A stretch of 64,000 nucleotides of DNA from an uncultured Comamonadaceae bacterium (GTDB lineage Bacteria > Bacteroidota > Bacteroidia > Flavobacteriales_D > Sanyastnellaceae). The notes beneath the pieces are model-generated. The model made no database searches. It was not told the origin of the DNA and worked only from the letters and a program-made list of their open reading frames with translations. Numbering within the stretch: the stretch's first letter is position 1; each line of letters begins with the position of its first letter. Below, one piece after another: positions 44,195 through 54,607 of the stretch. Both the position numbers and the translations under genes were made by a program. The stretch lies in the NCBI GenBank assembly GCA_964555295.1, contig CAZKRL010000003.1, forward strand, positions 9,487-73,486, given 5' to 3'.

Positions 44195-45463
44195 CTAGAG
44201 GTATTCAACAATACGCTCCATCCTCATTCCTCTTGATCCCTTCAACAGAATGCTACAGTTTCTAATTGGATGTTGACCCATGTGATGAATCAAGTCATTC
44301 ATGCTTTTGAAACAATACTTGAATTTACCGAGATCACATTGATAAAAGTTTTCTCCCACAAAAATTGCTTCAAGATTAAGACTTTGAACAAGATTGATTA
44401 CTCCCTGATGCAACTGAAGGCTATCACCCCCTAGCTCCCTCATATCCCCAAGTATTGCAAGTTTTTGTGGAGTTTTCAGGCGGACGAATGAGCTTATCGC
44501 ATGTTCCATACTGCTCGGATTCGCATTGTAAGCATCCATAATCACCCTATTCGAAGTTGTCTGCAATATCTCAGATCTGTTCGAGTCAGGAACATAACTC
44601 GAGATGGCCTCATGAATCCTTTCCTCAGGCACTCTGAAATACCTTCCGATACTAATAGCGGCAGCTATATTCATCAGGTTATAAACCCCTGAAAATTTCG
44701 TGACAACTACATTCGCACCATTGATTCGATAAGACAAACTGGGCTCTTCTGAATGCAATGAAATTCCGATGTCATCCAATGAAGTGGAAACGAAATCTCT
44801 ACCCGCTATCGCTTGAATCATTTTTGGTTGGTGCAAATCCGCAAAAATTACTCCTTTGTTCTGTGAAATGAAATCAAACAATTCAGACTTGCCTCGCAAT
44901 ACTCCTAATTCTCCACCAAAACCCTCGAGATGTGCAAGACCAATATTGGTTATATATCCATAACCAGGTTTTGTGTAGGTGCAATAGCCCTCAATCTCAC
45001 GAAGATGGTTAGCACCCATTTCAATTACCGCAAACTCGCAATCTCGAGGTATTGATAAAAGTGTAAGTGGAATTCCTATGTGGTTATTTAAATTTCCTCG
45101 GGTTGCAGATACTCTAAACTTCTTCGCTAGTACATCTCTAATCAGTTCCTTACAAGTTGTTTTACCGTTACTTCCTGTTACGGCTAAAACCGGTATAGTC
45201 AACAAACTCCGGTAATCTGCCGCCAACTCCTGCAAAGCGATTAATCCATTATTCACACGAACAATCTTCGGGTTTGCGTCTTCCAACTGCTCATCTACCA
45301 CGACCATTTCTGCACCTGATCGAAGCACATCAAGGGCATATAAATTGCCATTGAATTTCTCTCCCTTTAATGCAAAGAAAATCTGACCCTTTTGAATAGC
45401 GCGGGAATCTGTAGAAACTCCCGCCGACTTTAAAAATGCCTCCAAAATGAGACGCCTGCTCAT
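44195..45463 (-). CDS. murF: UDP-MurNAc-tripeptide--D-Ala-D-Ala ligase
   Basis: 422 aa with the Mur ligase P-loop VTGSNGKTT and MurF-like N- and C-terminal domains. Confidence 0.9.
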   Translation of the reverse strand: MSRRLILEAFLKSAGVSTDSRAIQKGQIFFALKGEKFNGNLYALDVLRSGAEMVVVDEQLEDANPKIVRVNNGLIALQELAADYRSLLTIPVLAVTGSNGKTTCKELIRDVLAKKFRVSATRGNLNNHIGIPLTLLSIPRDCEFAVIEMGANHLREIEGYCTYTKPGYGYITNIGLAHLEGFGGELGVLRGKSELFDFISQNKGVIFADLHQPKMIQAIAGRDFVSTSLDDIGISLHSEEPSLSYRINGANVVVTKFSGVYNLMNIAAAISIGRYFRVPEERIHEAISSYVPDSNRSEILQTTSNRVIMDAYNANPSSMEHAISSFVRLKTPQKLAILGDMRELGGDSLQLHQGVINLVQSLNLEAIFVGENFYQCDLGKFKYCFKSMNDLIHHMGQHPIRNCSILLKGSRGMRMERIVEYL

Positions 45464-45475
45464 TCCGTAAAGAGA

Positions 45476-47275
45476 TTACTCCCCAGCAGACATACCCGTT
45501 GGAGACCCTAAACGATCCATAGCGCAACGGAAACCTAAAGTTGATTTTGCGCGTCTTTCATCTAAGAATCTTCTAGTCCCCGGTATAGTATAATATGCTC
45601 GATCCCTCCAGCTTCCACCCTTGTATACACGAGCTCTGTCATTGATTAAGCTCGTTGGATTACCGCCTGCCCACTCATACATTCTATTTTGATCTTTCTG
45701 TTTGCTTTCTTCCATCTCTTCCCAATAGGAATATACACCACCTGCTTCTGTATCGGAATAAAACTTAGAGCTCATTAAATCACCATCCCGAAAATCTATG
45801 TAGTCTGCCTTTCTGTAATTTGTCCTGTCTATGTTTTCCTCGACAGTAACATTTCTATACTTCGCCTGACCAGGTGTGTTGATAATATAATCCGTAACCC
45901 CATCTCTCAAATCCGGGGCGGCTGGCGCATCCGAGTCTACTATCAGGTCCATAAGCTCCTGCATCATATCCTGGGCCTCCTCCGGCTTCCGTTCAGAAAC
46001 CTTCGTACTAGCATTGGTAATCTTTTCCAGGCATTGTCCGATTAAAGTATTATCCGATTCTATAAGTTTAGCTCCAGCTTGCTTTTGATATAGCTCCAGA
46101 AAGCGCTTTACCCCAGCAATATCATAAGCCACCTTATCATGCTTGTCTGCAAAAGAACCATCAGAATTCATGGATCTGGTTTTGTAAACATTCCCCCTAA
46201 AAGGCCTAAAATCACTTTTGTCTTCAGGCGACAACGGACGATATACATCCATTACCCATTCTGACACATTGCCCGCCATATTATAGAGACCGTAATCATT
46301 AGGAGGATATGCATAAACAGGAGCAGTAATATCCGCGTTATCATTGAGGTAACCCGCAACACCCATATAATCTCCACCTCCCCTAACAAAGTTGGCGCGA
46401 ATCGTTCCGTAGAATCTTCCCATATCATCATCATTCCTCACATAGTGTCCATTCCATGGATAGGTACGCCGATCTGTAATAAGCTCTTGAAAGGAATTGC
46501 CAATCAGACCCAGCGCTGCATATTCCCATTCTGCTTCCGTTGGAAGACGGTATCTTGGCAGCAATATGCCGTCCATCATGTTCACGCTTCTCATTCCTGA
46601 GCCCTTTGGATTAAAATCTTTCAATCCTCCAGCGGCGGCATCACCCGAAAATTGGCCTGCGAGATAAGTTTCAGTTGTAAAATGCTCCTCATCCGCCTGA
46701 CCTGTTGGATTGTGAGTTAGAAGACCTTCACGAATCAATACAAATTCATTCACACGATCTGACCTCCAATTGCAGTACTCTGATGCCTGCAACCAATTGA
46801 CTCCAACTACCGGATAATCGCGGTAGGCCGGATGTCTTAGATAATAATCGACCATGGGTTCGTTGTACTCCGTTACCTCCCGCCAAATATTAGTATCTGG
46901 TAATGCACGATTGATAATTTCCGGATACGTATCACCATAAACCAACTTGAGCCAATGCAGGTAATCTAACCAGTATTGATTCGTAACTTCGGTTTCATCC
47001 AGATAAAAAGATGACACAGTTACCCTTCTTGGAATATTGTCCCAATTGTAGTTGAGGTCATCCTCCACCCTTCCCATCGTGAAGGTACCACCTTCAACAA
47101 GTATCAATCCCGGGCCTGTCTCCTGATCTAAGTAATCCTGACGTTCGAATCCGCCGTTCATTTCATCATTGTATGCCCATCCCGTGGCATTTGACGCTTC
47201 CTTTTTGCAACCAAAAAGAGTAAAAATCAAAACTGCTTGCGGAATCAGCAGATTGAGAATAATTGATTTTTTCAT
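45476..47275 (-). CDS. gldJ: Gliding motility lipoprotein GldJ (FGE/SUMF1-like fold)
   Basis: 599 aa with lipobox LFGC. It shows FGE-sulfatase-like motifs (e.g. YKGGSWRD), and murF-gldJ synteny is typical of Flavobacteriia. Confidence 0.88.
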   Translation of the reverse strand: MKKSIILNLLIPQAVLIFTLFGCKKEASNATGWAYNDEMNGGFERQDYLDQETGPGLILVEGGTFTMGRVEDDLNYNWDNIPRRVTVSSFYLDETEVTNQYWLDYLHWLKLVYGDTYPEIINRALPDTNIWREVTEYNEPMVDYYLRHPAYRDYPVVGVNWLQASEYCNWRSDRVNEFVLIREGLLTHNPTGQADEEHFTTETYLAGQFSGDAAAGGLKDFNPKGSGMRSVNMMDGILLPRYRLPTEAEWEYAALGLIGNSFQELITDRRTYPWNGHYVRNDDDMGRFYGTIRANFVRGGGDYMGVAGYLNDNADITAPVYAYPPNDYGLYNMAGNVSEWVMDVYRPLSPEDKSDFRPFRGNVYKTRSMNSDGSFADKHDKVAYDIAGVKRFLELYQKQAGAKLIESDNTLIGQCLEKITNASTKVSERKPEEAQDMMQELMDLIVDSDAPAAPDLRDGVTDYIINTPGQAKYRNVTVEENIDRTNYRKADYIDFRDGDLMSSKFYSDTEAGGVYSYWEEMEESKQKDQNRMYEWAGGNPTSLINDRARVYKGGSWRDRAYYTIPGTRRFLDERRAKSTLGFRCAMDRLGSPTGMSAGE

Positions 47276-47295
47276 GATCTCCTTTGTGTGTTATT

Positions 47296-48285
47296 TTAAA
47301 ATGACGGACACGCGACCGTACGCATTTTCTTTTTCTTCGCTTTACATTCAAAATTGATACCCAATGTTACCTCATGCGACCCGCCGGTAGCCGGGGTTAA
47401 TTCAGAGATGGTAACGTCATAACTATATCCAACGCGTATCATATCCGTTTGAAGGCCTAAAGTTGCGATAAATGCATCGCGATATTTCTCGCCGAAAAGC
47501 AAACCTCTGAACCAAACCCCAAGAACTAAAGGCCCCTTACTAACGTATGTACCAAGGCACATTTGCTTAAACTCTCCTTGGCGCCTATATAAAATATTAG
47601 GAGAAATTTTAGCATCAGAATTGCGACTTCTTTTCTCTATTGGAAGGACAGCCCCCGCGTGAAAAGTAAATTTCATTGGGAGACGGCTCGTAGCCAAAAC
47701 CAATGATTCGTTGGGCTCGTTGAGATGATGAACAGCGAATCCTCCATAGTACTTATCGCTAAAAGCAAGAATGCCAGCACTAAAATCAAGAGCTTTTACA
47801 TTACCTCCTCGCTGCAAATCCTGAGTTTGATAAATGAACCCTTTTCTTGGATCTATCATATCGCCAAATGTTAATTGGCTCCAGTCGAGTGTCTTTTGAA
47901 AATAGGTTGCCTGCAACGCCGCCTTAAGTGAAACTTTCTTTGTTATCGTTTGCTGATAGGAATAAATACCTCCTAATGATGTTGTGTTCAATGTGCCTTG
48001 TGCGGCTCTGTCGTTTACTACGATTACACCTACACCACCTTGAAGTAACTTCACTTGCTGGTCATAACTGGCACTGGTTGTAACGAAGTTACCCGTTAAC
48101 GATGGCCATTGATTTCTGTAGGCCATTACCAGCCTTGGACAACGCAAAGTACCGGCAAATGCCGGATTCAGATACAGCGGGTTGGCATAAAACTGAGTAA
48201 ACTCTGCATCTTGAGCATTCATCACCTCTGTATTCAGAGAGGTCAACGATACAAGACATATTAAAACAAGAAGACTCCGACGCAT
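47296..48285 (-). CDS. PorP/SprF-family type IX secretion membrane protein
   Basis: I chose the ATG at 48285, which gives a signal peptide. The hallmark QFYANPLYLNPAFAG follows immediately after it, and the rest has beta-barrel-like character. Confidence 0.85.
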   Translation of the reverse strand: MRRSLLVLICLVSLTSLNTEVMNAQDAEFTQFYANPLYLNPAFAGTLRCPRLVMAYRNQWPSLTGNFVTTSASYDQQVKLLQGGVGVIVVNDRAAQGTLNTTSLGGIYSYQQTITKKVSLKAALQATYFQKTLDWSQLTFGDMIDPRKGFIYQTQDLQRGGNVKALDFSAGILAFSDKYYGGFAVHHLNEPNESLVLATSRLPMKFTFHAGAVLPIEKRSRNSDAKISPNILYRRQGEFKQMCLGTYVSKGPLVLGVWFRGLLFGEKYRDAFIATLGLQTDMIRVGYSYDVTISELTPATGGSHEVTLGINFECKAKKKKMRTVACPSF

Positions 48286-48400
48286 TCTTAGATTGCAGTT
48301 AAATTTCTTATAATCAGCAATGATACAACAATTTTGTTGAACAAAAAAATTAATCATAATTGGCAATAATTTGCGCCATCATCGTTTCAGCAACACCAAA

Positions 48401-51400
48401 ATGAATTATTCCCCAACCAAACTTTTCGGGACATTGTTGTTCTCTCTCGTTTGCTTCATCGCATCAGCGCAAGAACTCAACTTTCAGAGTAATATTTCGT
48501 GGCAGGCCGACACGGTTTTTAAATCGTGTTCTGGCATTTTCAAAGGGGCATTTTTAAATCCTGATTTCGAAGGCTTACCATGCCTTCACTTCACACAATT
48601 CGTAAGTGACAGAGTGCATTACATTGATGGCATCGAGATATCATCCGCCACATTTCAAAGTTTTCAATGCACAGATGTTAGACTTCAAAACTATCTCGGT
48701 TCCGACTGGGTGATACAATCCAAGATTTCCGACGCCCGTGGAAAATACTTTTTATCTTTAACCCTATTGCCTTTCCGCAAAATCAATGGTCAGATGGAGA
48801 GGCTCGTCAGTTTTTCCATTAACGTAAGGTATTCACAGACACCCAATCTCTCAAATTCTAGGGAAATGCAGTGGAAAGACCACTCGGTTTTAAAAGAGGG
48901 AGAGTGGTACAAATTAGCCATCTCCAAAGACGGAATTTATAAAATCGATAAGAACCTGCTTTCAGCGATGGGGGTGAACACTTCAAGTGTGGACCCAAAG
49001 CTGATTAATATTTATGGCAACGGAGGCCAGCTACTTCCGGAGCTTAATAGCGAATTTCGAGCGGATGACCTAGAAAAATGTGCCATTTTCATTGAAGGCG
49101 AAGAAGACGGTGTATTTGATAACAGTGACTACATCCTGTTCTATGCAAAGGGGGCTGATAGTTGGCAAATGGACAATATTCCGGGGGCTGGAAGAAAGGG
49201 TTGGCTCCACAAAAAACACTACTATTCAGACTCCGCGTATTATTTCCTAAGAATCAATGACACCGAACCAAAACGTATTGAACCGACAACACAACCCGCT
49301 GGAGCAACTCAGTACATAAGCTCCACATTTCAAGATTATCAATTTATTGAAACAGAGTTATACAATCTCGTTCAATCAGGTAGAGAGTTTTATGGAGATA
49401 AATTTGAACAGACCCTCTCTCGTGATTACAATTTCAATTTTCCATCGATTCGATCTGATTACCCGACAACAATTCACGCCGGTTTCGCAATTCGGTCTGT
49501 AGGGGCGTCCAGTAGTTTCAGTGTCAGCAGCAGCGGGGCATCTATCGCGTCTTCTGGAGTTACCAGCGGAACTGGCACACTTGCGAGTGTAGCAAGCAAA
49601 GTCAGTGTTACAACAACCATGAATGCATCCAACCCCAGCTTGTTGGTCAACATTACATTCAATAAATCCGCCAACTCATCTGATGCACAGGGTTATCTGG
49701 ACTTTATCAATATCAATACTACTCGTGATCTAACTTACCACGGCACCCAAATACACATCAGAGACACCAACAATGTGGGCCCTGGCGCATTGACACAGTT
49801 CGAGTTACAAAACGCCACTGGCTTATTCATGCTCTGGGATATTACTAACTTCACCTCACCCCAGAAAATTGATTATACTATTGACGGAACAAGCGCCACA
49901 TGGAAAGCCGCTACAGATAATTTGAGAGAATTTATCGCCTTTCCTAACTTCAATTTCCTCATACCAACTTCATTGGGCAGAGTCGCCAATCAAGACCTTC
50001 ACGGAACACCACCAACAGATTTGGTAATTGTGAGTGCCCCTGCACATCTTGAGGCTGCCCGGCAACTCGCTGAAATTCACGAATCTGAAGGCATGAGGGT
50101 GCTTTTGGTAACCCAAGCACAAGTGTTTAACGAATTCTCTTCGGGAACACCAGATGTAACAGCAATAAGAATGCTAATGAAAATGCTTTACGATAAAGCT
50201 GATGGAAATGACTCTGATCAACCAGAAAATCTTTTGCTTTTCGGTGATGGGAATTATGCTAATAATCGTGGATACAGAGCCCTTAATGGCTCTAATGTAA
50301 TCCTATTTGAGTCGGACGAGTCTTTAGGTCCTGTAACCTCATACGTAAGTGATGATTATTTCGTCATGCTGAGCGATAATGACAACGCCTCACCTACAGG
50401 TTTGTTAGATGCGGGAGTTGGCAGAATCCCTGCTGGGAACGCTACAATGGGGTATGAATACGTAAATAAAGTGCGTCAATATTTAGCATTGAACAACAGC
50501 CCAACCGGTGAAATAAATTGTTTGGGTGAGGCGAGCCAAAATTCATTTGGCCCGTGGCGAAATCTCCTCAGTTTTATCTCTGATGATCAGGATGGCAGTG
50601 GTGCAGCGAATGAGCAAATTCACTTGGAGGATGCGAATACACTGGCAGATAGAATATATAACGAGCATCCGGACTATGATGTAAACAAAATATATATGGA
50701 CGCTTACGTTCAGCAATCAACACCAGGTGGCGAGAGATACCCCGACGGTGAAAGGGCAATACGTGAGCAGATAAATAACGGATCCCTGATTGTAACCTAT
50801 TTGGGTCACGGAGGTGAAAGAGGTTGGGCACATGAGAGGATTTTGGATGTCAACACTATATCGAATTTTTCGAATATCAATAACATGCCCTTATTTCTTA
50901 CTGCCACTTGTGAGCTTGCGAGATACGATAACCCTGACTACTATTCGGCAGGTGAGAGACTTGCCATGAATAGCAACGGTGGAGCCATAGCGCTGCTTAC
51001 TACTACAAGGGTAGTTTTTGCGGGCTCCAACATGCAAATGGATATGGCATTTTTCGATGTGGCACTTTACAATGACTCCATAAGCGATTTGACGTTGGGG
51101 AAAATCAATATGCTTACTAAAAACGGGGTGCCTGTATCAAATTCCAGCAAGCCCAATTTCAGTTTGCTTGGCGACCCCGCGCTTAGATTGAGATACCCAA
51201 AGTATGAAGTAATTACTACCCACATCAACGGAACTTCCGTCAACGATTCCTCTCCAGACACCATTAAAGCCCTACAAGAAGTCGAAATTGTAGGATATAT
51301 ATCTGACGCATCTGGAAATAAATTAGATGATTACAATGGATTTATATACCCCGTTGTATACGACAAAATATCTACTGTTACCACTCTTAATAACGATTTT

Positions 51401-52294
51401 GACGGTGTCTACGGAGAAAGCCAGACTTACAAAGTTTTTAATAAGGTCATCTTTAAAGGAAAATCATCGGTAACTCAAGGTGAGTTCAAATTCAAATTTG
51501 TAGTGCCACTTGATATTAACTACAGTGTTGGATCAGGTCATGTTTCATACTATGGGCTGTCGGGGAGCGAGGATGCACATGGTTTTTTTGACGATGTTTT
51601 CATTGGTAGTTCTCTCAGTGGATCACAATTAAACAAGGTGGGTCCGGAAATAAAAATTTTCTTTAATGACACAACCTTTGTAAATGGCGGTGTCTCGAAT
51701 ACCTCGCCTGTTCTTATCGCTAGGCTAAAAGACGATAACGGCATAAATACCATTGCAAACAGTATCGGACATGACATCGTAGCAATTGTTGATGAAGACA
51801 CTCAAAATCCGATTGTTTTAAATAACTATTATCTCTCAGACCTAGATACATATCGAAGCGGAGAAATCAGGTATCAATTGGAAAAGCTTGAGCCTGGAAA
51901 TCACACCTTAAAAATTCGGGCATGGGATGTGCACAACAATTCTAATACTGAAGCTATAGACTTTGTAGTGGAGGAGGACGCCAATATTGCAATAGAGCAT
52001 TTGTTGAATTATCCCAACCCATTTACTACATCCACAAAATTTATGTTCGAGCACAATCAAGCGTGTCGGAATCTGGACATCCTAATTCAAATATTTACCG
52101 TTTCAGGAAAACTCGTTAAAACCATAGAACAAGCCGCCTACCAAAACGGATTCAGGGCCACACCGATACCTTGGGATGGGAGAGATGACTTCGGAGATAA
52201 AATTGGAAAGGGTGTCTATATGTACCGGCTTTCCGTAAAAAATGAAAACGGCGAGAGTGCAGAACTCTACGAAAAACTCGTCATTCTAAAGTAA
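48401..52294 (+). CDS. porU: Type IX secretion sortase PorU (C25 peptidase-like)
   Basis: I chose the ATG at 48401, which gives a signal peptide. It has a gingipain/C25-like central region and a C-terminal NYPNPFTTSTKF... T9SS-type domain. It is followed by porV. Confidence 0.88.
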   Translation: MNYSPTKLFGTLLFSLVCFIASAQELNFQSNISWQADTVFKSCSGIFKGAFLNPDFEGLPCLHFTQFVSDRVHYIDGIEISSATFQSFQCTDVRLQNYLGSDWVIQSKISDARGKYFLSLTLLPFRKINGQMERLVSFSINVRYSQTPNLSNSREMQWKDHSVLKEGEWYKLAISKDGIYKIDKNLLSAMGVNTSSVDPKLINIYGNGGQLLPELNSEFRADDLEKCAIFIEGEEDGVFDNSDYILFYAKGADSWQMDNIPGAGRKGWLHKKHYYSDSAYYFLRINDTEPKRIEPTTQPAGATQYISSTFQDYQFIETELYNLVQSGREFYGDKFEQTLSRDYNFNFPSIRSDYPTTIHAGFAIRSVGASSSFSVSSSGASIASSGVTSGTGTLASVASKVSVTTTMNASNPSLLVNITFNKSANSSDAQGYLDFININTTRDLTYHGTQIHIRDTNNVGPGALTQFELQNATGLFMLWDITNFTSPQKIDYTIDGTSATWKAATDNLREFIAFPNFNFLIPTSLGRVANQDLHGTPPTDLVIVSAPAHLEAARQLAEIHESEGMRVLLVTQAQVFNEFSSGTPDVTAIRMLMKMLYDKADGNDSDQPENLLLFGDGNYANNRGYRALNGSNVILFESDESLGPVTSYVSDDYFVMLSDNDNASPTGLLDAGVGRIPAGNATMGYEYVNKVRQYLALNNSPTGEINCLGEASQNSFGPWRNLLSFISDDQDGSGAANEQIHLEDANTLADRIYNEHPDYDVNKIYMDAYVQQSTPGGERYPDGERAIREQINNGSLIVTYLGHGGERGWAHERILDVNTISNFSNINNMPLFLTATCELARYDNPDYYSAGERLAMNSNGGAIALLTTTRVVFAGSNMQMDMAFFDVALYNDSISDLTLGKINMLTKNGVPVSNSSKPNFSLLGDPALRLRYPKYEVITTHINGTSVNDSSPDTIKALQEVEIVGYISDASGNKLDDYNGFIYPVVYDKISTVTTLNNDFDGVYGESQTYKVFNKVIFKGKSSVTQGEFKFKFVVPLDINYSVGSGHVSYYGLSGSEDAHGFFDDVFIGSSLSGSQLNKVGPEIKIFFNDTTFVNGGVSNTSPVLIARLKDDNGINTIANSIGHDIVAIVDEDTQNPIVLNNYYLSDLDTYRSGEIRYQLEKLEPGNHTLKIRAWDVHNNSNTEAIDFVVEEDANIAIEHLLNYPNPFTTSTKFMFEHNQACRNLDILIQIFTVSGKLVKTIEQAAYQNGFRATPIPWDGRDDFGDKIGKGVYMYRLSVKNENGESAELYEKLVILK

Positions 52295-52318
52295 GATGTT
52301 AACCCTATATTTGACCAT

Positions 52319-53554
52319 ATGTTTCGCATGCGCCTGCTGACTTTCAGCGCTTTTTTAATGCCACTTGTTTTCAACGGACAATTGAATCAAAACAACAATT
52401 CCAGTAGTACCTGGCAACTCAATACCATAACCACAGCAGTGCCGTTTCTTCAAATCGCTCCAGACTCGCGGAGCGGCGCAATGGGAGATGCCGGTGTTGC
52501 GTTACCAGCCGATGCTAATTCGACATTTTGGAATCCTGCCAAGATGAGTTTTTCCAAGGAAAAATCAGAAATTTCATTCTCCTACTCGCCATGGCTGAGG
52601 GCATTGGTCAACGACATGAGTCTCGCGTATTTGAGCGGATATAAGAAGTTAACTAAAAACCAAGCGATAGGTGCGTCACTCAGATATTTCACTCTCGGAA
52701 ACATCACCTTCACGGATGAAGTAGGAACGAACATTATGGATTTCAAACCTAACGAGTTCGCAGTAGATGCATCATTCAGTCAAAAATTCAGTCAACGCTT
52801 TTCAGGAGGTATTGCAATCCGTTACATATACTCAAATCTCACCGGAGGTCAAACAGTACTTGGGGCCGATAGCAAGCCCGGTATGTCAGTGGCCTCAGAC
52901 ATATCACTTTTCTATTCCAACGAGAATCTTAACCTCGGCAAAAAGGAAGGAATTTTCAATATCGGTTTAAGTGCATCTAATATTGGCAATAAAATCCGCT
53001 ATACGAACTCTGATAAACGCGATTTCATACCAGCAAATTTGCGACTTGGTTCTTACTTCGGTGCCCAGCTTGACAAATACAATCTTCTTGGATTTACGAT
53101 CGACCTTTCGAAACTTCTGGTGCCTACCCCGCCCAAATATGATATCGCAGGAGAAAACATTCTTGCAGGGAAAGACAATGATGTCGGGGTTGCAACGGCA
53201 ATCGTTCAATCTTTCACAGATGCTCCTGGGCAATTGGACGAGAACAATCAAGTTATCCCAGGGTCTGTGCTAAAGGAGGAGTTGCGCGAGATCAATATCG
53301 GCGGCGGCTTGGAGTACTGGTATGACAAACAATTTGCATTTCGAACAGGATACTTCTACGAACATTTTTCCAAAGGAAACAGACAATTCATTACGCTCGG
53401 CGCCGGACTTAAGTATCAGGTCCTAACCATAGACATGTCTTACTTAATAAGTACAACACAACAAAACCCACTCGCCAATACGCTTCGTTTTACTATGCGC
53501 TTTTCGCTTGGCGCCAAGAAAACTGCTGACGAAGAAAGCACAAACAATGATTAA
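52319..53554 (+). CDS. porV: Type IX secretion outer-membrane shuttle protein PorV (LptO)
   Basis: 411 aa with the hallmark TTAVPFLQIAPDSRSGAMGDAGVA. It sits in the porU-porV-cdd synteny. Confidence 0.88.
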   Translation: MFRMRLLTFSAFLMPLVFNGQLNQNNNSSSTWQLNTITTAVPFLQIAPDSRSGAMGDAGVALPADANSTFWNPAKMSFSKEKSEISFSYSPWLRALVNDMSLAYLSGYKKLTKNQAIGASLRYFTLGNITFTDEVGTNIMDFKPNEFAVDASFSQKFSQRFSGGIAIRYIYSNLTGGQTVLGADSKPGMSVASDISLFYSNENLNLGKKEGIFNIGLSASNIGNKIRYTNSDKRDFIPANLRLGSYFGAQLDKYNLLGFTIDLSKLLVPTPPKYDIAGENILAGKDNDVGVATAIVQSFTDAPGQLDENNQVIPGSVLKEELREINIGGGLEYWYDKQFAFRTGYFYEHFSKGNRQFITLGAGLKYQVLTIDMSYLISTTQQNPLANTLRFTMRFSLGAKKTADEESTNND

Positions 53555-53557
53555 TTC

Positions 53558-54034
53558 ATGAAGATTCGAGTTGGGTTCGGATATGACGTGCACCCGTTGG
53601 AAATGGGTAGACCTTTCTATTTGGGAGGTATTCATATTCCGCACACCTCTGGAGCTACTGGACATAGCGACGCGGATGTTCTAATTCATGCCATTTGTGA
53701 CGCTCTTCTAGGCGCTGCGGCTTTAAGAGACATTGGATTTCATTTTCCTAATACCGATGAGCAATACAAAGGAATTGATTCAAAAATTCTATTGAAGCTC
53801 ACTCAAGAGAAACTCAACACTGAGCATTGGCTTTTGGGAAATCTTGATTGTACGTTATGCCTTGAGAAGCCAAAAATTCAAGATTATATTCCGCAAATGC
53901 AGGCGGTTCTTAGTGCGATTCTGAATTGCGATACAGACCAGATTTCCATAAAAGCAACGACAAACGAAAAAATGGGATTCATTGGCAGAGAGGAAGGTGT
54001 TTGCGCGTATGCAGTTGCACTAATTCATTCATGA
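53558..54034 (+). CDS. ispF: 2-C-methyl-D-erythritol 2,4-cyclodiphosphate synthase
   Basis: 158 aa with the motifs GYDVHPL and GHSDADVLIHAICDALLGA. Confidence 0.95.
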   Translation: MKIRVGFGYDVHPLEMGRPFYLGGIHIPHTSGATGHSDADVLIHAICDALLGAAALRDIGFHFPNTDEQYKGIDSKILLKLTQEKLNTEHWLLGNLDCTLCLEKPKIQDYIPQMQAVLSAILNCDTDQISIKATTNEKMGFIGREEGVCAYAVALIHS

Positions 54035-54520
54035 ATGACAAGGCAATACGTGTTTGATTTTTCATGCTATGAACACAAATCATCCCTTAGTGATGATTAC
54101 CAGAAATTACTGAGCGCAGCCGTTGAGGCACAGTCACGTGCTTACGCACCATATAGCCGGTTTACAGTAGGTGCTGCAGTTCTTCTCAAAAACAATGTAA
54201 TAGTTTCCGGGAACAATCAAGAAAACGCGGCATATCCCAGCGGTTTATGCGCTGAGAGAGTATCTGTTTTTTCAGCGATGTCTCAATTTCCTAACCAAAC
54301 AATTTCCGCAATCGCTGTTTACGGAGGAAATCTCGAATTCCCTTTAACCTCGCCCATAAGCCCATGCGGCGCATGTCGACAAAGCCTTTTGGAATACGAG
54401 CTCCTACAATCTCAGCCCATCGAGGTAATTCTCGCCGCAAACCATAGTTCTATCTTTATACTCTCCTCTGTAAAACATCTTTTACCATTGCACTTCGAAG
54501 AGTTAAGATTAAGGAAATAA
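54035..54520 (+). CDS. cdd: Cytidine deaminase
   Basis: 161 aa with the zinc motifs CAERVS and PCGACRQ. Confidence 0.9.
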   Translation: MTRQYVFDFSCYEHKSSLSDDYQKLLSAAVEAQSRAYAPYSRFTVGAAVLLKNNVIVSGNNQENAAYPSGLCAERVSVFSAMSQFPNQTISAIAVYGGNLEFPLTSPISPCGACRQSLLEYELLQSQPIEVILAANHSSIFILSSVKHLLPLHFEELRLRK

Positions 54521-54558
54521 GGAAGGCAATTCAATTCATTTAGTCCAAATCTAACGAA

Positions 54559-54587
54559 CAAAAAAGGCTGCATTAGCAGCCCTCTTT
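54559..54587. terminator. Bidirectional terminator between cdd and the giant gene
   Basis: Stem GGCTGC-atta-GCAGCC (54566-54581), flanked by an A-run on one side and a T-rich stretch on the other. Confidence 0.5.
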
Positions 54588-54607
54588 GATATTGACATAT
54601 AAAATTC

